A stretch of DNA of 64,000 nt from the NCBI GenBank assembly GCA_964410585.1, contig CAYPFW010000001.1:64001-128000 (forward strand). The letters run 5' to 3'. This stretch comes from an uncultured archaeon. Its GTDB lineage: Archaea > Aenigmatarchaeota > Aenigmatarchaeia > QMZP01 > JACQNV01. The translations under genes were made by a program, and so were the position numbers. Shown here in pieces: positions 29,526 to 39,921 of the stretch; the first letter of the stretch is position 1, and every line of letters starts with the position of its first letter. A model generated the notes under the pieces. That model had not been told where the DNA came from. It ran no database searches and saw only the letters and a program-made list of their open reading frames with translations.

Positions 29526-30236
29526 ATGAGCGACGAAAAACCAAACTCTGAATCTGGGGAGCAGAAAGCTCAGTCATCTGAAGATGAAAAGCTGACAAAG
29601 CACGAGCTCAGAGAATTGAGAAGGAAAGAGTCTAAGGAAGAAAGAGAAAAGCAGAATTCTGAGTCGCAAAAATTCTCAATTGGTAAATACAGCAAATATC
29701 TAAAATATGTTGCAGTGTTTATTGTTGTTTTTGCCATAGTTTATGTTTGGTCTACTTCTTCTCCACAAGGACCAATGCCTTCAATAGGTCCTGTTGGATC
29801 AACACATATACATGCTGATTTAGGCCTGTTTTTAGATGGAAAAGAAATCACACCACTTCCAGAAAAATATTTTGTCAGAATTAGCGAAGTTCACATGGAA
29901 GGGGGTCCTGGAGTAGGTACAGTAATGCACATGCACTCAACTGGTGTGCCTTTGAAAATGTTTTTCAATAGTTTAGGAATGAGTTTTGATTCAAAGTGTT
30001 TCCAATTTGAGGGCCAAAGATACTGTTCAGATGAAACAAAGAACCTAAAAATGCTTGTTAAACATGAGGGTGGCCAGTGGGAACAAAACACAGATTTCGA
30101 GAGCTATGTTTTCAAAGACTTAGACAAAATTTTGATCACATATGGAAATGAAACACCAGAACAAATAGCCGAACAACAGAAACAAGTCACAGATGCTTCA
30201 AGGCTAAACTCAGAAAGAAAAATGACGGGATTTTAG
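29526..30236 (+). CDS. Membrane-anchored His-rich domain protein
   Basis: One TM; HIHAD, VHME, MHMH, FF.SLG.FD..C...YC. Confidence 0.72.
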   Translation: MSDEKPNSESGEQKAQSSEDEKLTKHELRELRRKESKEEREKQNSESQKFSIGKYSKYLKYVAVFIVVFAIVYVWSTSSPQGPMPSIGPVGSTHIHADLGLFLDGKEITPLPEKYFVRISEVHMEGGPGVGTVMHMHSTGVPLKMFFNSLGMSFDSKCFQFEGQRYCSDETKNLKMLVKHEGGQWEQNTDFESYVFKDLDKILITYGNETPEQIAEQQKQVTDASRLNSERKMTGF

Positions 30237-30335
30237 TTCTTGTTTTTCGCGTGTAGTGTATTAGGTCACTTGAAAAGTATATAACTTATTCTGTGCTAAT
30301 TCTAAGTATAATCTGTATTTTAGAGTGAGGCATAA

Positions 30336-31112
30336 ATGAAAGATCCATTTAAAAAATATCCAGTGAAAACATACGTCCTTATAGCAGTTCTAATAATGTC
30401 AATCCCGGGGATCCTACAGTTTGGATACCAAAACACAGTTCCCCAAATGGTTTTGGCAGTCCTTGTGGCTGCTGGTTTAGATCTCCTAGTTAACAAACTG
30501 AAAAAAGGCCCGACATATTTTGTCCCAACTTCCGGAATAATTTCAGGTTTAATTGTCTCAACAATACTTGCTCCTGGCTCTGTTTGGTATGTCCCTGTGG
30601 CTGGTGCAGCAATTGCAATCTTGTCCAAACATGTTTTCAAAGTTAAGCTAAACAATTTCTGGAACCATGTTTTTAACCCAGCAAACTTCGCGCTGCTTGT
30701 ATTGGTTGGTTTTGGAATAGGAAAAGATGCTTGGTGGATTGGTACAAATTCTATTCTTGTTGCTATCCTCGGTTTGTTCATCTTATGGAGGCTTAGGAAA
30801 ATTTCAATAGTTGTCCCATTCTTTTTGTTTTTCCTCCTTTCAACTTCAATTACATCAGTCTTCATCCAAAGGCAACTGACAACTGACATACTTTTAGCAG
30901 AAGCAACAGGAGGCTCCACACTATTCTTCATGTTCATCATGCTCCAAGAACCAATGACAACACCAAGGAAAAAATATGGTAGGATAGTTTTTGGTTCAGT
31001 TGTTGGTGTTTTGGTTCCACTTCTTTTGGCTTTCCCTGCTACTGGTTTTATCAGCATATATTTTGCCTTGGCTATAGGAAACATTCTCGTGCCAATTTTA
31101 AATAGAGTATGA
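30336..31112 (+). CDS. Stand-alone RnfD/NqrB-like membrane protein
   Basis: AILSKH, HVFNPAN, FFMFIMLQEPMTTP. Confidence 0.8.
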   Translation: MKDPFKKYPVKTYVLIAVLIMSIPGILQFGYQNTVPQMVLAVLVAAGLDLLVNKLKKGPTYFVPTSGIISGLIVSTILAPGSVWYVPVAGAAIAILSKHVFKVKLNNFWNHVFNPANFALLVLVGFGIGKDAWWIGTNSILVAILGLFILWRLRKISIVVPFFLFFLLSTSITSVFIQRQLTTDILLAEATGGSTLFFMFIMLQEPMTTPRKKYGRIVFGSVVGVLVPLLLAFPATGFISIYFALAIGNILVPILNRV

Positions 31113-31264
31113 ACCAAACAACTTTAATCGGTCTGATAGCCCTTATCGGCTTTTTAGTTATCCTAGGTTTAGTCATCTACAAAACAGACCAAAAAATGAA
31201 GGAGTATTTGTTGCAGCATCCCGAGAAGGCAGGTTCAAATATAAATACTTCACTTGATAAATAA
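31109..31264 (+). CDS. 51-aa single-TM microprotein, not in ORF track
   Basis: MNQTTLIGLIALIGFLVILGLVIYKTDQK...; ATGA overlap with the upstream stop. Confidence 0.6.
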   Translation: MNQTTLIGLIALIGFLVILGLVIYKTDQKMKEYLLQHPEKAGSNINTSLDK

Positions 31265-31268
31265 TGTT

Positions 31269-34200
31269 ATGCTTCAATGTTTTCTGCAGAAGAAAATAGT
31301 TTTTTCATTCTTATTTACAATTATTGTAGTTTCTTCAGTTCTTATTGTTAGAGCTGATGCACAGGGAACGTATACATATTATGGCATAACTTTCCAAGAA
31401 CCGTTGGGCTGGGAAAAGACATTTCCTTTTATAGGAACATTTATTGGTGGGGAAATTTCGCATTCTCAAGAGGTTATGTATGAGAAGGATGGTGCTATTA
31501 TATTTGTTACAAATGGTGGAAATGTACTGCTTTTAGATAAAAGCCCTAGAACATTATCTATAGGCAAAATTGAAGGTTTAAAGTTTGTATATAGTGATCC
31601 AGAGGAAAAAATTGAAGCGGAAGGTTTTGTATTTGATTATAAAGAAAAAGAATATTTTATAACAATTATAAGTAGTACAGGTATAAAAGAAGCCGATAGA
31701 ACTGTTTGGAAATCTCTAATAGAAAGCATTAATTTTGGGGATGTTGGTTTATCGCTGCTTTTAGCAGAAGATAGTATAGAAACCAAAAATGCTATACAAT
31801 TTTCTCCAGAGATCGACACAGACACAAATAATGAATTTATTCAAAATCTTCAAAAAGACATAAAAACTGTGACAATTGGCGGTGCCAAAGGAAAATCAAA
31901 TTTTGATGCTAATTTAGAAAGAACACTTAATCTTGAGAAACTAAATGCCCGTGTATTTGAGAACGGTAAACCCATAGAATTTGATGAAAAGGGTGAGCGC
32001 AAGGATGTACCTGGTTTGGAAAGAAGCAAAAATGCCAAAGGCCTGGCTCTTGATGTGGTAAAATCAATATATAATAGCCCTAATTCGGCCCTTAGTTATA
32101 TTTCCTGGGCCTTTACTAGTTCTGATATTTACAAGATTGGTGAAAAAAATGAAAGAGTTACAAAATTCCTTCAAGAATTAGACGCAATTGAAGCAGATAC
32201 ACAATTAGAAACAATAAAACAGGTTCATAATCTTGTGGGTAAATATGTTCCTGGATATCTCCCACAGGAAGATAAAGAAGATATAGCTACAAATAGTATA
32301 GGCGCCGCTATTAAGGATGGAAAAGGAATTTGTCGTGAACAAGCAGCCTTGCTCAAATGGGCATTGGATAAAAAATTAGGAGGAAAAGCTAATTATAATG
32401 CAGAGGTAGTAGGTCAGGACACTACTCATGTTTGGGTTCGTGTAACATTTGATGGTGGACAATTTGATTTAGATACAACCTGGTTCAAAACTTTTTTCCC
32501 ACTTGTCCCAAGAGACACTGATAATTGGATGAAATTGTTTTTTTATACAGATGGTTATCTATTTCCATCACGTAACAATGAAGCAAAATCAATAGATTCA
32601 GTCACAGTCAAAGAAGGAGAAATTGAAGAGCAAACAGTCGATCAAGAGACAACAATAGACCAACAAGAAACAAAAAGCGACTTTGTACGTACACAATCTC
32701 CAATTGACTCATTTTTCAAATTTATTAGTGGTTTATTCACCAGTTTGCTTGGTGGATCACCAACTACACAAACCCAAACATCTGAGCCAACAATGAAAGA
32801 ACCTGGTGATAGTACAGGAATATTTTCTTTCCTTACAGATTGGTTTAAATCAAGACCTCCACAAACAGCTCCTCATGATGAACAAGGTGATAAGAAAGCG
32901 GATTTGGAGAATAAAGATGATAAGAAATCATCAGATAAAGTGATTAAATCTTATTTCACATCAACTTGCCCTAATCCGACAACAGATCAAGTAGCCAATG
33001 AAGCAGACTACGCAGAAGGTTTCTCTACACCTAAAATACTTGATTTACTTAGAATTTCTGATGATGCCAAAATAGCTTCTGACTCTACACTTGAAATAGA
33101 TACATCTTCTTCAACAACTACATTTAGCCTTGCTTCTGGAAGTAGTCTTGTGAATATAAAGAAAATAGATGTGACTGTAGATGGAATTAATGTAGATTTG
33201 GCTGATATAAGACTTACAGACAAAAGCGGAAAGCTTTTAGGTTCATCAAAACTAGATTCTAGTGGTAAAACAACAATTTCAACTGACTTCACAATTGGCT
33301 CTGATTCTACTAGTAGCAAAATTGATGTGATAGTGGACACAGTTGAGGACTCTACAAGTACGCCTACTGTAACTCTGACAGGGAAAACATCCACAGATTC
33401 CACAATAAAGGGTACGGCAGTCGAAAGCCTTGTACAATACAAAATTAAAGCCGATAATGAAGATGTTTCAGTAAAAGATATAACTGTATCCACAGATTCT
33501 TCTACTACTCTTGACATTTCCAATATAATACTTATAGATAAGGATGGAAATAGTATAGGATCCTCGGTACCAGATTCTTCTGATCAAACACCAATTTCAA
33601 CAACCCTCAACATACCATCTGGTACAGAAGAATTAATAAAAGTAAAGGTTGTTTACAAACAATCAGAATCATCTTCGGCACCAGTAGAACCAATGCAAGT
33701 CCAGGGTACGTGGAATATTTATAATCTTCCTAATTGGGATGTTATATCAACCACGACACAAAATAGTCAACAGTCAGCTTCCCTAAGTTCATCCGCAGAA
33801 GGCAATCACTTCCACATAAGCTTTGGAAATAACAAATACCCACCGGGCTACTTTGTATTCTATAAGGATGGTGGTGAGATTCTAGTTTACGATGCAAATG
33901 ATCCAACATTGTTTTGCAAACAACAAACTAGAAGCGGGGATAATTGTGGTGATACATCAACTGATACAAATGGTGTCTCGGGGGATGGATGGTTATATTG
34001 GGCTTCTAAAGACGGAAAGCAGGTTAGTAATTCATTAAAGGTTGGAACCCCTGGAAAAAGCCCTCCTTCTCTGATTACAATTTCAGCCCAAATAGGCCTG
34101 ATAACTGCAAAACAAATTTTCAAATTTAAACAATCTCAATCTGGCAGCGAATATACATATCAACTAGAAAGTTTATCTAATTTACCTCTTGTGACTCAGG

Positions 34201-35675
34201 CACCAAACCCATCAACCGGCTTATCAACAATGTATCTTAATCCTGTAAGAGCAGTATCTCAAGGCGAACAAAGTCCAACTCTCGCTCCGCTAAGTCTTGG
34301 TATATTGAATCTTGATGGAAGCCAGTTTTTCACAGCAACATATGATGATTCATCTAAATCTTTTGTTTTAACAAACAAACTAACAGGCCAAACAACAAGC
34401 TCTACTAGTCTTAGTGCTTCTGGAAATTGGAGAGTTGGAACAATACAAGTAGGTGGTGCCAGCTATTCTGTAATGGTTTATCCATCATCGAGTGCATTCA
34501 CAATTTTGACACAAAATCCCCAAAACAATATTAATTTGGCTGATGGTTATGTATTGTCTTTTGCCAACACATTTGTAACAGATCCAGCTACACCAATCAC
34601 AGCAGAATTGAAAAATAGTGGTGGTACAGTTGTCGCAACAGTGAAATTCTTCATGGGATCAACACCAAGAGTAACAATTACACCAACTCCTGGATATTCT
34701 TCATCAAATCCATATACTGGGGCAGTTAGTGTATCTTCTGTAACATTGGGTACACCCCAATCAACAACTACAACAACTGGTCCAACTACATCTGCTGGAT
34801 TTTCTTTATCCATTGATACTGGGGAACAGCCAACAGAAGCAGAAGAAAATTTAGTTGACAATCTTGCAGATCTTTCCAAAGCAGCAGAAATGGGCAGGCT
34901 TTTGAAAATTTCCTCAAAATCTGATTTAGCTGAAAAATTGAGAACAGTTTGTGGAGATCCTCCTATTGGTGGTTTAACAGCAGCTATAGTTGGTTCAAAT
35001 GAAAACAAATGGGCAGGCTGGGCTGTATATGATCCAGAAAAAATGTCTCAGTTTATATTGAACTCTAAAAAAGAATCTTCTGGTTTGGTTGGTAACTTGA
35101 TTTCAAAAACACCAATTTCAGGATTTTTGACTGGGATGCAGATAGATTGGTCAACAAATCAAAAACCAAAAGACGATGTTGGATATTATAGTTGCGGGCA
35201 TCCTAACAAAGCCACTCAAGACTCAACAAAGCCATGCACTATGGTGCGCAGAGGAGCGTTTTTATCTAATGCATACTCTGGTGATTCTTGCTCACCCCCT
35301 GAAAATGGTGTATGTGTAGGGAACGGTGAACCTATTGAAGCAGACGAAAGACCTCAAGGAAAATTTAAATACTATCAAAGCTGCAGTTGTGTACCAAAAG
35401 ATCAGGCTCAGTGCCCTCTAGTACCTTTTATTGATTTAGAAGAAGGTAATTTGAATATAAATAGGGATTCGGATAACGATGGCTTAAAGGATTTTGAAGA
35501 ACGTATTTTCAATACTAACCCAAATGATCCAACTGATCCTATAGAAAACCCAAACAGAAATTTGGCCTTTATAATTTTGGTTGACGACGAAAACTTCGAT
35601 GAAGTAAAAGAGTGTTTGATGGCATCCCTAGCACCTGGCGGAACAGTAGGTAGTGGTGGAACTGCCGTTGGTTAA
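31269..35675 (+). CDS. Large secreted protein with transglutaminase-like domain and S/T-rich beta repeats
   Basis: Signal peptide; GICREQA / HVWVRV / LDTTW Cys-His-Asp triad; DSDNDGL.D..E Ca-binding-like motif. Confidence 0.8.
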   Translation: MLQCFLQKKIVFSFLFTIIVVSSVLIVRADAQGTYTYYGITFQEPLGWEKTFPFIGTFIGGEISHSQEVMYEKDGAIIFVTNGGNVLLLDKSPRTLSIGKIEGLKFVYSDPEEKIEAEGFVFDYKEKEYFITIISSTGIKEADRTVWKSLIESINFGDVGLSLLLAEDSIETKNAIQFSPEIDTDTNNEFIQNLQKDIKTVTIGGAKGKSNFDANLERTLNLEKLNARVFENGKPIEFDEKGERKDVPGLERSKNAKGLALDVVKSIYNSPNSALSYISWAFTSSDIYKIGEKNERVTKFLQELDAIEADTQLETIKQVHNLVGKYVPGYLPQEDKEDIATNSIGAAIKDGKGICREQAALLKWALDKKLGGKANYNAEVVGQDTTHVWVRVTFDGGQFDLDTTWFKTFFPLVPRDTDNWMKLFFYTDGYLFPSRNNEAKSIDSVTVKEGEIEEQTVDQETTIDQQETKSDFVRTQSPIDSFFKFISGLFTSLLGGSPTTQTQTSEPTMKEPGDSTGIFSFLTDWFKSRPPQTAPHDEQGDKKADLENKDDKKSSDKVIKSYFTSTCPNPTTDQVANEADYAEGFSTPKILDLLRISDDAKIASDSTLEIDTSSSTTTFSLASGSSLVNIKKIDVTVDGINVDLADIRLTDKSGKLLGSSKLDSSGKTTISTDFTIGSDSTSSKIDVIVDTVEDSTSTPTVTLTGKTSTDSTIKGTAVESLVQYKIKADNEDVSVKDITVSTDSSTTLDISNIILIDKDGNSIGSSVPDSSDQTPISTTLNIPSGTEELIKVKVVYKQSESSSAPVEPMQVQGTWNIYNLPNWDVISTTTQNSQQSASLSSSAEGNHFHISFGNNKYPPGYFVFYKDGGEILVYDANDPTLFCKQQTRSGDNCGDTSTDTNGVSGDGWLYWASKDGKQVSNSLKVGTPGKSPPSLITISAQIGLITAKQIFKFKQSQSGSEYTYQLESLSNLPLVTQAPNPSTGLSTMYLNPVRAVSQGEQSPTLAPLSLGILNLDGSQFFTATYDDSSKSFVLTNKLTGQTTSSTSLSASGNWRVGTIQVGGASYSVMVYPSSSAFTILTQNPQNNINLADGYVLSFANTFVTDPATPITAELKNSGGTVVATVKFFMGSTPRVTITPTPGYSSSNPYTGAVSVSSVTLGTPQSTTTTTGPTTSAGFSLSIDTGEQPTEAEENLVDNLADLSKAAEMGRLLKISSKSDLAEKLRTVCGDPPIGGLTAAIVGSNENKWAGWAVYDPEKMSQFILNSKKESSGLVGNLISKTPISGFLTGMQIDWSTNQKPKDDVGYYSCGHPNKATQDSTKPCTMVRRGAFLSNAYSGDSCSPPENGVCVGNGEPIEADERPQGKFKYYQSCSCVPKDQAQCPLVPFIDLEEGNLNINRDSDNDGLKDFEERIFNTNPNDPTDPIENPNRNLAFIILVDDENFDEVKECLMASLAPGGTVGSGGTAVG

Positions 35676-35704
35676 TATATATTCTAGTTTAAACAAATTA
35701 TAGT

Positions 35705-36355
35705 ATGATCACCAAAAAATATCTCCCAATAATAATTCTTGTCATGGGAATAGTTTTAGTCTCAGGTTGCTCTCAACCCCCAACTAATCAAACAACAGAT
35801 CAACCACAAAACACAGCTGAACCTCTAACACAACCTTCTGATGAATCGAATCCAGTAGATGAGAATCCTCCTGAAATAACTCAACCAGAAATCAAAGAAG
35901 AACCAAAGGTTGAGCCGAAAAAAGTTGTTCCAAAGGGACATTTTGATTTTGTCAATGGAGATACATGGGAGCCAACTGCTTTTGCTTTTGGAGTCAAACT
36001 TCATCTAATAGTTGCAGGCGATGGGAAAAATTTCAATGTCCCTAAATTTTTGCCTATAAATGTCAGAATACTTCTTAGAAATGCGATTGTCTGGTCTTAT
36101 TTAATTCAAGGATCTGCTGAACAAACGTGCAGGGATGAAACAGGATGCAGCCCAGAAAACGGTGAAACTTTTGAGGCAACAGATGATTGGAAAGTAGGTT
36201 CTTTGAAATTTATAGCAACAGACGAAGAGGGTAATCTTTTAGCATACGAAGAATATCAAGACGGAGAGTTTGTAACCAATGGAGAAGAGGGTGTTGAGGT
36301 TGCTTCAACTGCACCGGGTGGAACTATTGGGGGAAGTGGAACAGGAGTAGGGTAG
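35705..36355 (+). CDS. Lipoprotein with P/E-rich linker
   Basis: VSGC lipobox; C-terminus resembles that of the upstream gene. Confidence 0.78.
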   Translation: MITKKYLPIIILVMGIVLVSGCSQPPTNQTTDQPQNTAEPLTQPSDESNPVDENPPEITQPEIKEEPKVEPKKVVPKGHFDFVNGDTWEPTAFAFGVKLHLIVAGDGKNFNVPKFLPINVRILLRNAIVWSYLIQGSAEQTCRDETGCSPENGETFEATDDWKVGSLKFIATDEEGNLLAYEEYQDGEFVTNGEEGVEVASTAPGGTIGGSGTGVG

Positions 36356-36365
36356 TAGTTTATTA

Positions 36366-39008
36366 CTAAGTTAGGACTTTTGGTTTTCCTATCTGTTCTT
36401 CTATATATCTTCCTCCGGATGTTTGTTTTAATGATGGTCTTCTAAAGGCCAGCTGATGTCCTTCATCTAGATACGTTCTAGCTAAATCTATTTCTCCTCT
36501 TTCTAGATGCACGTATGCTATGTTAGCAAGAGCTGCTATCTGAACTTCTTCTGTTCCAGACTCTCTAGAAAACCGAAGAGCGTCTTGGGAATGTTCTAAT
36601 AAACCGTTCAAGTTACCCCTTTGAGATTCTAAAAATGCCCAGTCGTTTTTGATAATTGCCATGACTACTCTCTTTTCTAAACGTTCTGCTATAGAAAATG
36701 CTAGTTGATAATGTTTCTCTGCTTGTTCATAATTAGTCTCATTACTATATGTCAATGCTGTTCTATGTTGAGCATTGGCAAGATGAACAGAATCGATTGC
36801 TGGAACTCTGTTGATAATATTATTATAAAAACTTCTAGCCTTTTCATATTCTGATTTATTTAAATAACACGTTCCTAATCCGACTAGCGCATGCAAAACA
36901 AAATCCTCGTCTCCAACTTGTTCTGCTAATAGCTTACCCTTTTCAAACATTTGAATGGCTTCATCTGGATTTGTTCTCATTACTGCTGCACCAAATCCAA
37001 TCAAAGCCTGATACTCGTTTATTTGGGTCAATTCCCTCAAATCAGCGACAATTCCCAATCTTTCCTCTTGCGAACTTCGCCTCTCCTCGTGTAAGCCCAT
37101 ATCCCTGTATGTGTTTCCAAGTTCTCTGAGAACTTCGAGTCTTTGTCCTTTTGTGTTTAGATCATCCTTTCCGATTTTTAATATCTCCAACGCCGTCCTC
37201 AAATGTTCTTCGCTCGTCTCAGTCTTTCCATCCTCTCTTTCCATCTTTCCAAGCTCAACCAAATAAGCGACAGCCCTTTCAGGTGAATCTGAAAGCACAT
37301 ACTGGTTTGCTGTGTTCAAAAGCAAGGCCTTTGTTTTTCTTTCCTTCCACTTCCTTTCAAACAGTTCTCCAAGCTCTCTGTGTATTTTTTTCTTCTCATC
37401 TGGTGGAGTTGTTTCATACAAAATGTCAAAAATCTTTTCATCAACTGCTTGTATTGTTTCCTCTTTTCCCTTTTCTTTTGGTGGTTTGGTTATCAGTCCG
37501 GCCTTACTCATTTTTTCAATTGTTTCTGGGTCCAAACTCTCGCCTGAAACTTCCTCTATATCACTCAAATAGACCCACTGTCTTCTCACATGCGAACCGA
37601 CCCTCAAAAACCTGAAAGCAGAAGGCCCATATTCCTGTATTCTTCCAACTATAAGCGAGCCGAGCTCATTTGGTATTTCAGTCAATGCTGCCCTATAATC
37701 TGCTCCTGTTTCAATCTTCTGCCTTAAAGCAATTCCAATTTGTTTTGTATAAAATGGGTTTCCTTTTGTCCTTTCAACAATCTCGCAAACTGTTTCCCCA
37801 TCTAGTTTTGAAAAATGGTCTCCAAGAATTTCTTTCAAAATGCTTTCAAGGTCTTTTCTCTCAAGTGGACCAATTTCTATTTTTTCAACTGGAAAATCAG
37901 GCTCAAATTCAGGCCTTGCTGTCAAAACATTGACTATACCAGTTGGTGAAGACCGCACAAGGTCAAGCCAGAAAGGTGGAGCCCATTGAACATCGTCTGA
38001 AAGGACAGTATTGATAATTCCTCTAACCTTGTAATAAGCTTCCATTGTTTTCATTCTTCTTACATCGGGATCAGTAGGTATATCATATCCAGAAACACTT
38101 ATCCCAAGCGGCAAAGCGATAAATGGATATTCTTCTTTCAGTCCAAGCCTTGTAAGCTTTTCTACAGTTAGGTCGTCTCCGAAAACTGTCCTATAGAAAT
38201 TCCTCAAACCAGAATTTGGATCTGTCCTGTCCGGTGGACTAAATTTCAAAAGAGTATGTGGTCCAAGTGCCTTTTTCGCAGTTGCTGTTTTTCCAATTCC
38301 AGGCTCTCCAATTAGAACAACAGGCAGATCTTTGCTTGTTTTCAAATATTGTCTTATCCTGCTTATTGTTTCTGCTCTTCCAAAAAAACTATCCTTTAAA
38401 GACTGGACATCAAAAGCTGTGTGTATTTCCCTTACTGGTCTGTAAACATGAATAGGATGTGTTAATCCTTTTACTGGAACCTCACCAAGATCCTCCCACT
38501 CAAAAAGCCTGTCTGCAAGTTCCCTTGTTCTTTGATCGACTCTAACTGTCCCCAATTCAGCCGAGCTTTCCAATCTTGTGGCAACAGACATAGGGAAGCC
38601 GTTTATGTCTGGAAGAAACCTATCTCCTTCATAGTATCCACCAAATTCTACGCGTCCTGTTGATATACCTATCCTAGCTCTCAATGTATCGCCCCCTAAT
38701 CCTAGTTCCTTTCTCTTTTCCTCTATTTTTTCCTGCATCTTCAGGCTTGATCGTGTAGCAGCAACTGCTCCTTCTTTCAGATCTTTGAGAGGCTGTTCGA
38801 CATTAAATGACACAGTTGTTGCATCCCCGTCCCTTTTCAATGCAACTCCGCCATGTCTCATAGCAACTGCATTTGCTGCCCCTAAAATTTGATAAGGAAC
38901 TTCCCTCATTTGATGCGTTTCTGCACCTTCAGAAAAAGTGGAGAATCCACTCATGTCTAACTTTAGTACTGTTCCTTCCTTTTGATAAATATCTAGCCTG
39001 GAGTCCAT
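36366..39008 (-). CDS. Class III nucleotide cyclase + STAND NTPase + TPR protein
   Basis: LDMSGFS, GDA, RIGISTG, VATRLES; Walker A GEPGIGKT, DDVQWA, GNPF; C-terminal TPRs. Confidence 0.88.
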   Translation of the reverse strand: MDSRLDIYQKEGTVLKLDMSGFSTFSEGAETHQMREVPYQILGAANAVAMRHGGVALKRDGDATTVSFNVEQPLKDLKEGAVAATRSSLKMQEKIEEKRKELGLGGDTLRARIGISTGRVEFGGYYEGDRFLPDINGFPMSVATRLESSAELGTVRVDQRTRELADRLFEWEDLGEVPVKGLTHPIHVYRPVREIHTAFDVQSLKDSFFGRAETISRIRQYLKTSKDLPVVLIGEPGIGKTATAKKALGPHTLLKFSPPDRTDPNSGLRNFYRTVFGDDLTVEKLTRLGLKEEYPFIALPLGISVSGYDIPTDPDVRRMKTMEAYYKVRGIINTVLSDDVQWAPPFWLDLVRSSPTGIVNVLTARPEFEPDFPVEKIEIGPLERKDLESILKEILGDHFSKLDGETVCEIVERTKGNPFYTKQIGIALRQKIETGADYRAALTEIPNELGSLIVGRIQEYGPSAFRFLRVGSHVRRQWVYLSDIEEVSGESLDPETIEKMSKAGLITKPPKEKGKEETIQAVDEKIFDILYETTPPDEKKKIHRELGELFERKWKERKTKALLLNTANQYVLSDSPERAVAYLVELGKMEREDGKTETSEEHLRTALEILKIGKDDLNTKGQRLEVLRELGNTYRDMGLHEERRSSQEERLGIVADLRELTQINEYQALIGFGAAVMRTNPDEAIQMFEKGKLLAEQVGDEDFVLHALVGLGTCYLNKSEYEKARSFYNNIINRVPAIDSVHLANAQHRTALTYSNETNYEQAEKHYQLAFSIAERLEKRVVMAIIKNDWAFLESQRGNLNGLLEHSQDALRFSRESGTEEVQIAALANIAYVHLERGEIDLARTYLDEGHQLAFRRPSLKQTSGGRYIEEQIGKPKVLT

Positions 39009-39115
39009 AGCTTCCTCTAAATGTATATACTAAAAGGTAGTGTACGAAAGCTTAAATGTTTTGAAAGGAACCTAAAGTGTAAACATTTATATAGAAGTGT
39101 GTACAATAATGAAAT

Positions 39116-39427
39116 ATGAAGACAAAATTGCTTACAACCAGGATGTCAGAAGAAATGGAAAAGGATATAGATAGGCTAGCCAAGGAAGAAAATGTCCAGA
39201 AAACAGTTTTGATGAGGGAGCTTTTGACAAGAGGTTTGCAGGATTTGAAAGAAGAACACGCACTTAAACTTTATTCGCAGGGAAGGGTAACTTTGTGGAA
39301 AGCCGCAGGATTGGCTGGTCTGTCTCTCTGGGAAATTTTGGAAAAAGTGAAAGAAAAGAAAATCCCTCTTATTTATGATATAGAAGATGCCAAACACGAT
39401 ATTAAAATCGTTCTGGACAATTTATGA
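39116..39427 (+). CDS. UPF0175-family antitoxin
   Basis: RHH-like N-terminus; ALKLY..GRVTLWKAA.LAGLS. Confidence 0.87.
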   Translation: MKTKLLTTRMSEEMEKDIDRLAKEENVQKTVLMRELLTRGLQDLKEEHALKLYSQGRVTLWKAAGLAGLSLWEILEKVKEKKIPLIYDIEDAKHDIKIVLDNL

Positions 39428-39921
39428 ATGCTGTTAGCAATTCAACTCCCCTGATATATTTGTCAAAGTTGAACAAACTAGAAGAATTGCAAAAATTTTT
39501 TGAGAAAATTTATATTCCAGAAGCAGTGTATAGGGAAGTTGTCATAAAAGGAAAGGAGTTGAACAAACTAGAAGTTATTGTGATTGAAAAATTAATGAGC
39601 GAAAAATTTATAATTGTTGAAAAAACAAATCCAAAACTCGAAATAAAAACTTTGCATATTGGAGAATTGGAAGCTATAAGTTTGGCACAAGAGAAAAAAA
39701 TACAAAACATACTTATTGACGACAAAGAAGGTGTTGAAGTCTCAAAAATTGTTGGGCTGAATCCATGGAGAACAACTGCAATTTTATTGGGTTTATTAAA
39801 ACTAAAAGTCATCAAACCAGATGAGTTCAAATCCTTGTTAATTGATCTCAGTAAATCAGGATATTTCATTTCGGCTGAGATATTTGATTATTTAATAAGG
39901 GAATCCAAAAAGCTATTATGA
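39424..39921 (+). CDS. DUF3368 / PIN-domain toxin
   Basis: VSNSTPLI, IPEAVYRE, LH.GE.EAI.LA, LIDD. Confidence 0.88.
   Translation: MNAVSNSTPLIYLSKLNKLEELQKFFEKIYIPEAVYREVVIKGKELNKLEVIVIEKLMSEKFIIVEKTNPKLEIKTLHIGELEAISLAQEKKIQNILIDDKEGVEVSKIVGLNPWRTTAILLGLLKLKVIKPDEFKSLLIDLSKSGYFISAEIFDYLIRESKKLL

Noticed and set aside
30320-31117. Long antisense ORFs (also 3279-3974, 62610-63092 and similar)
   Set aside because: Shadows of well-supported genes on the opposite strand, with no motifs of their own.
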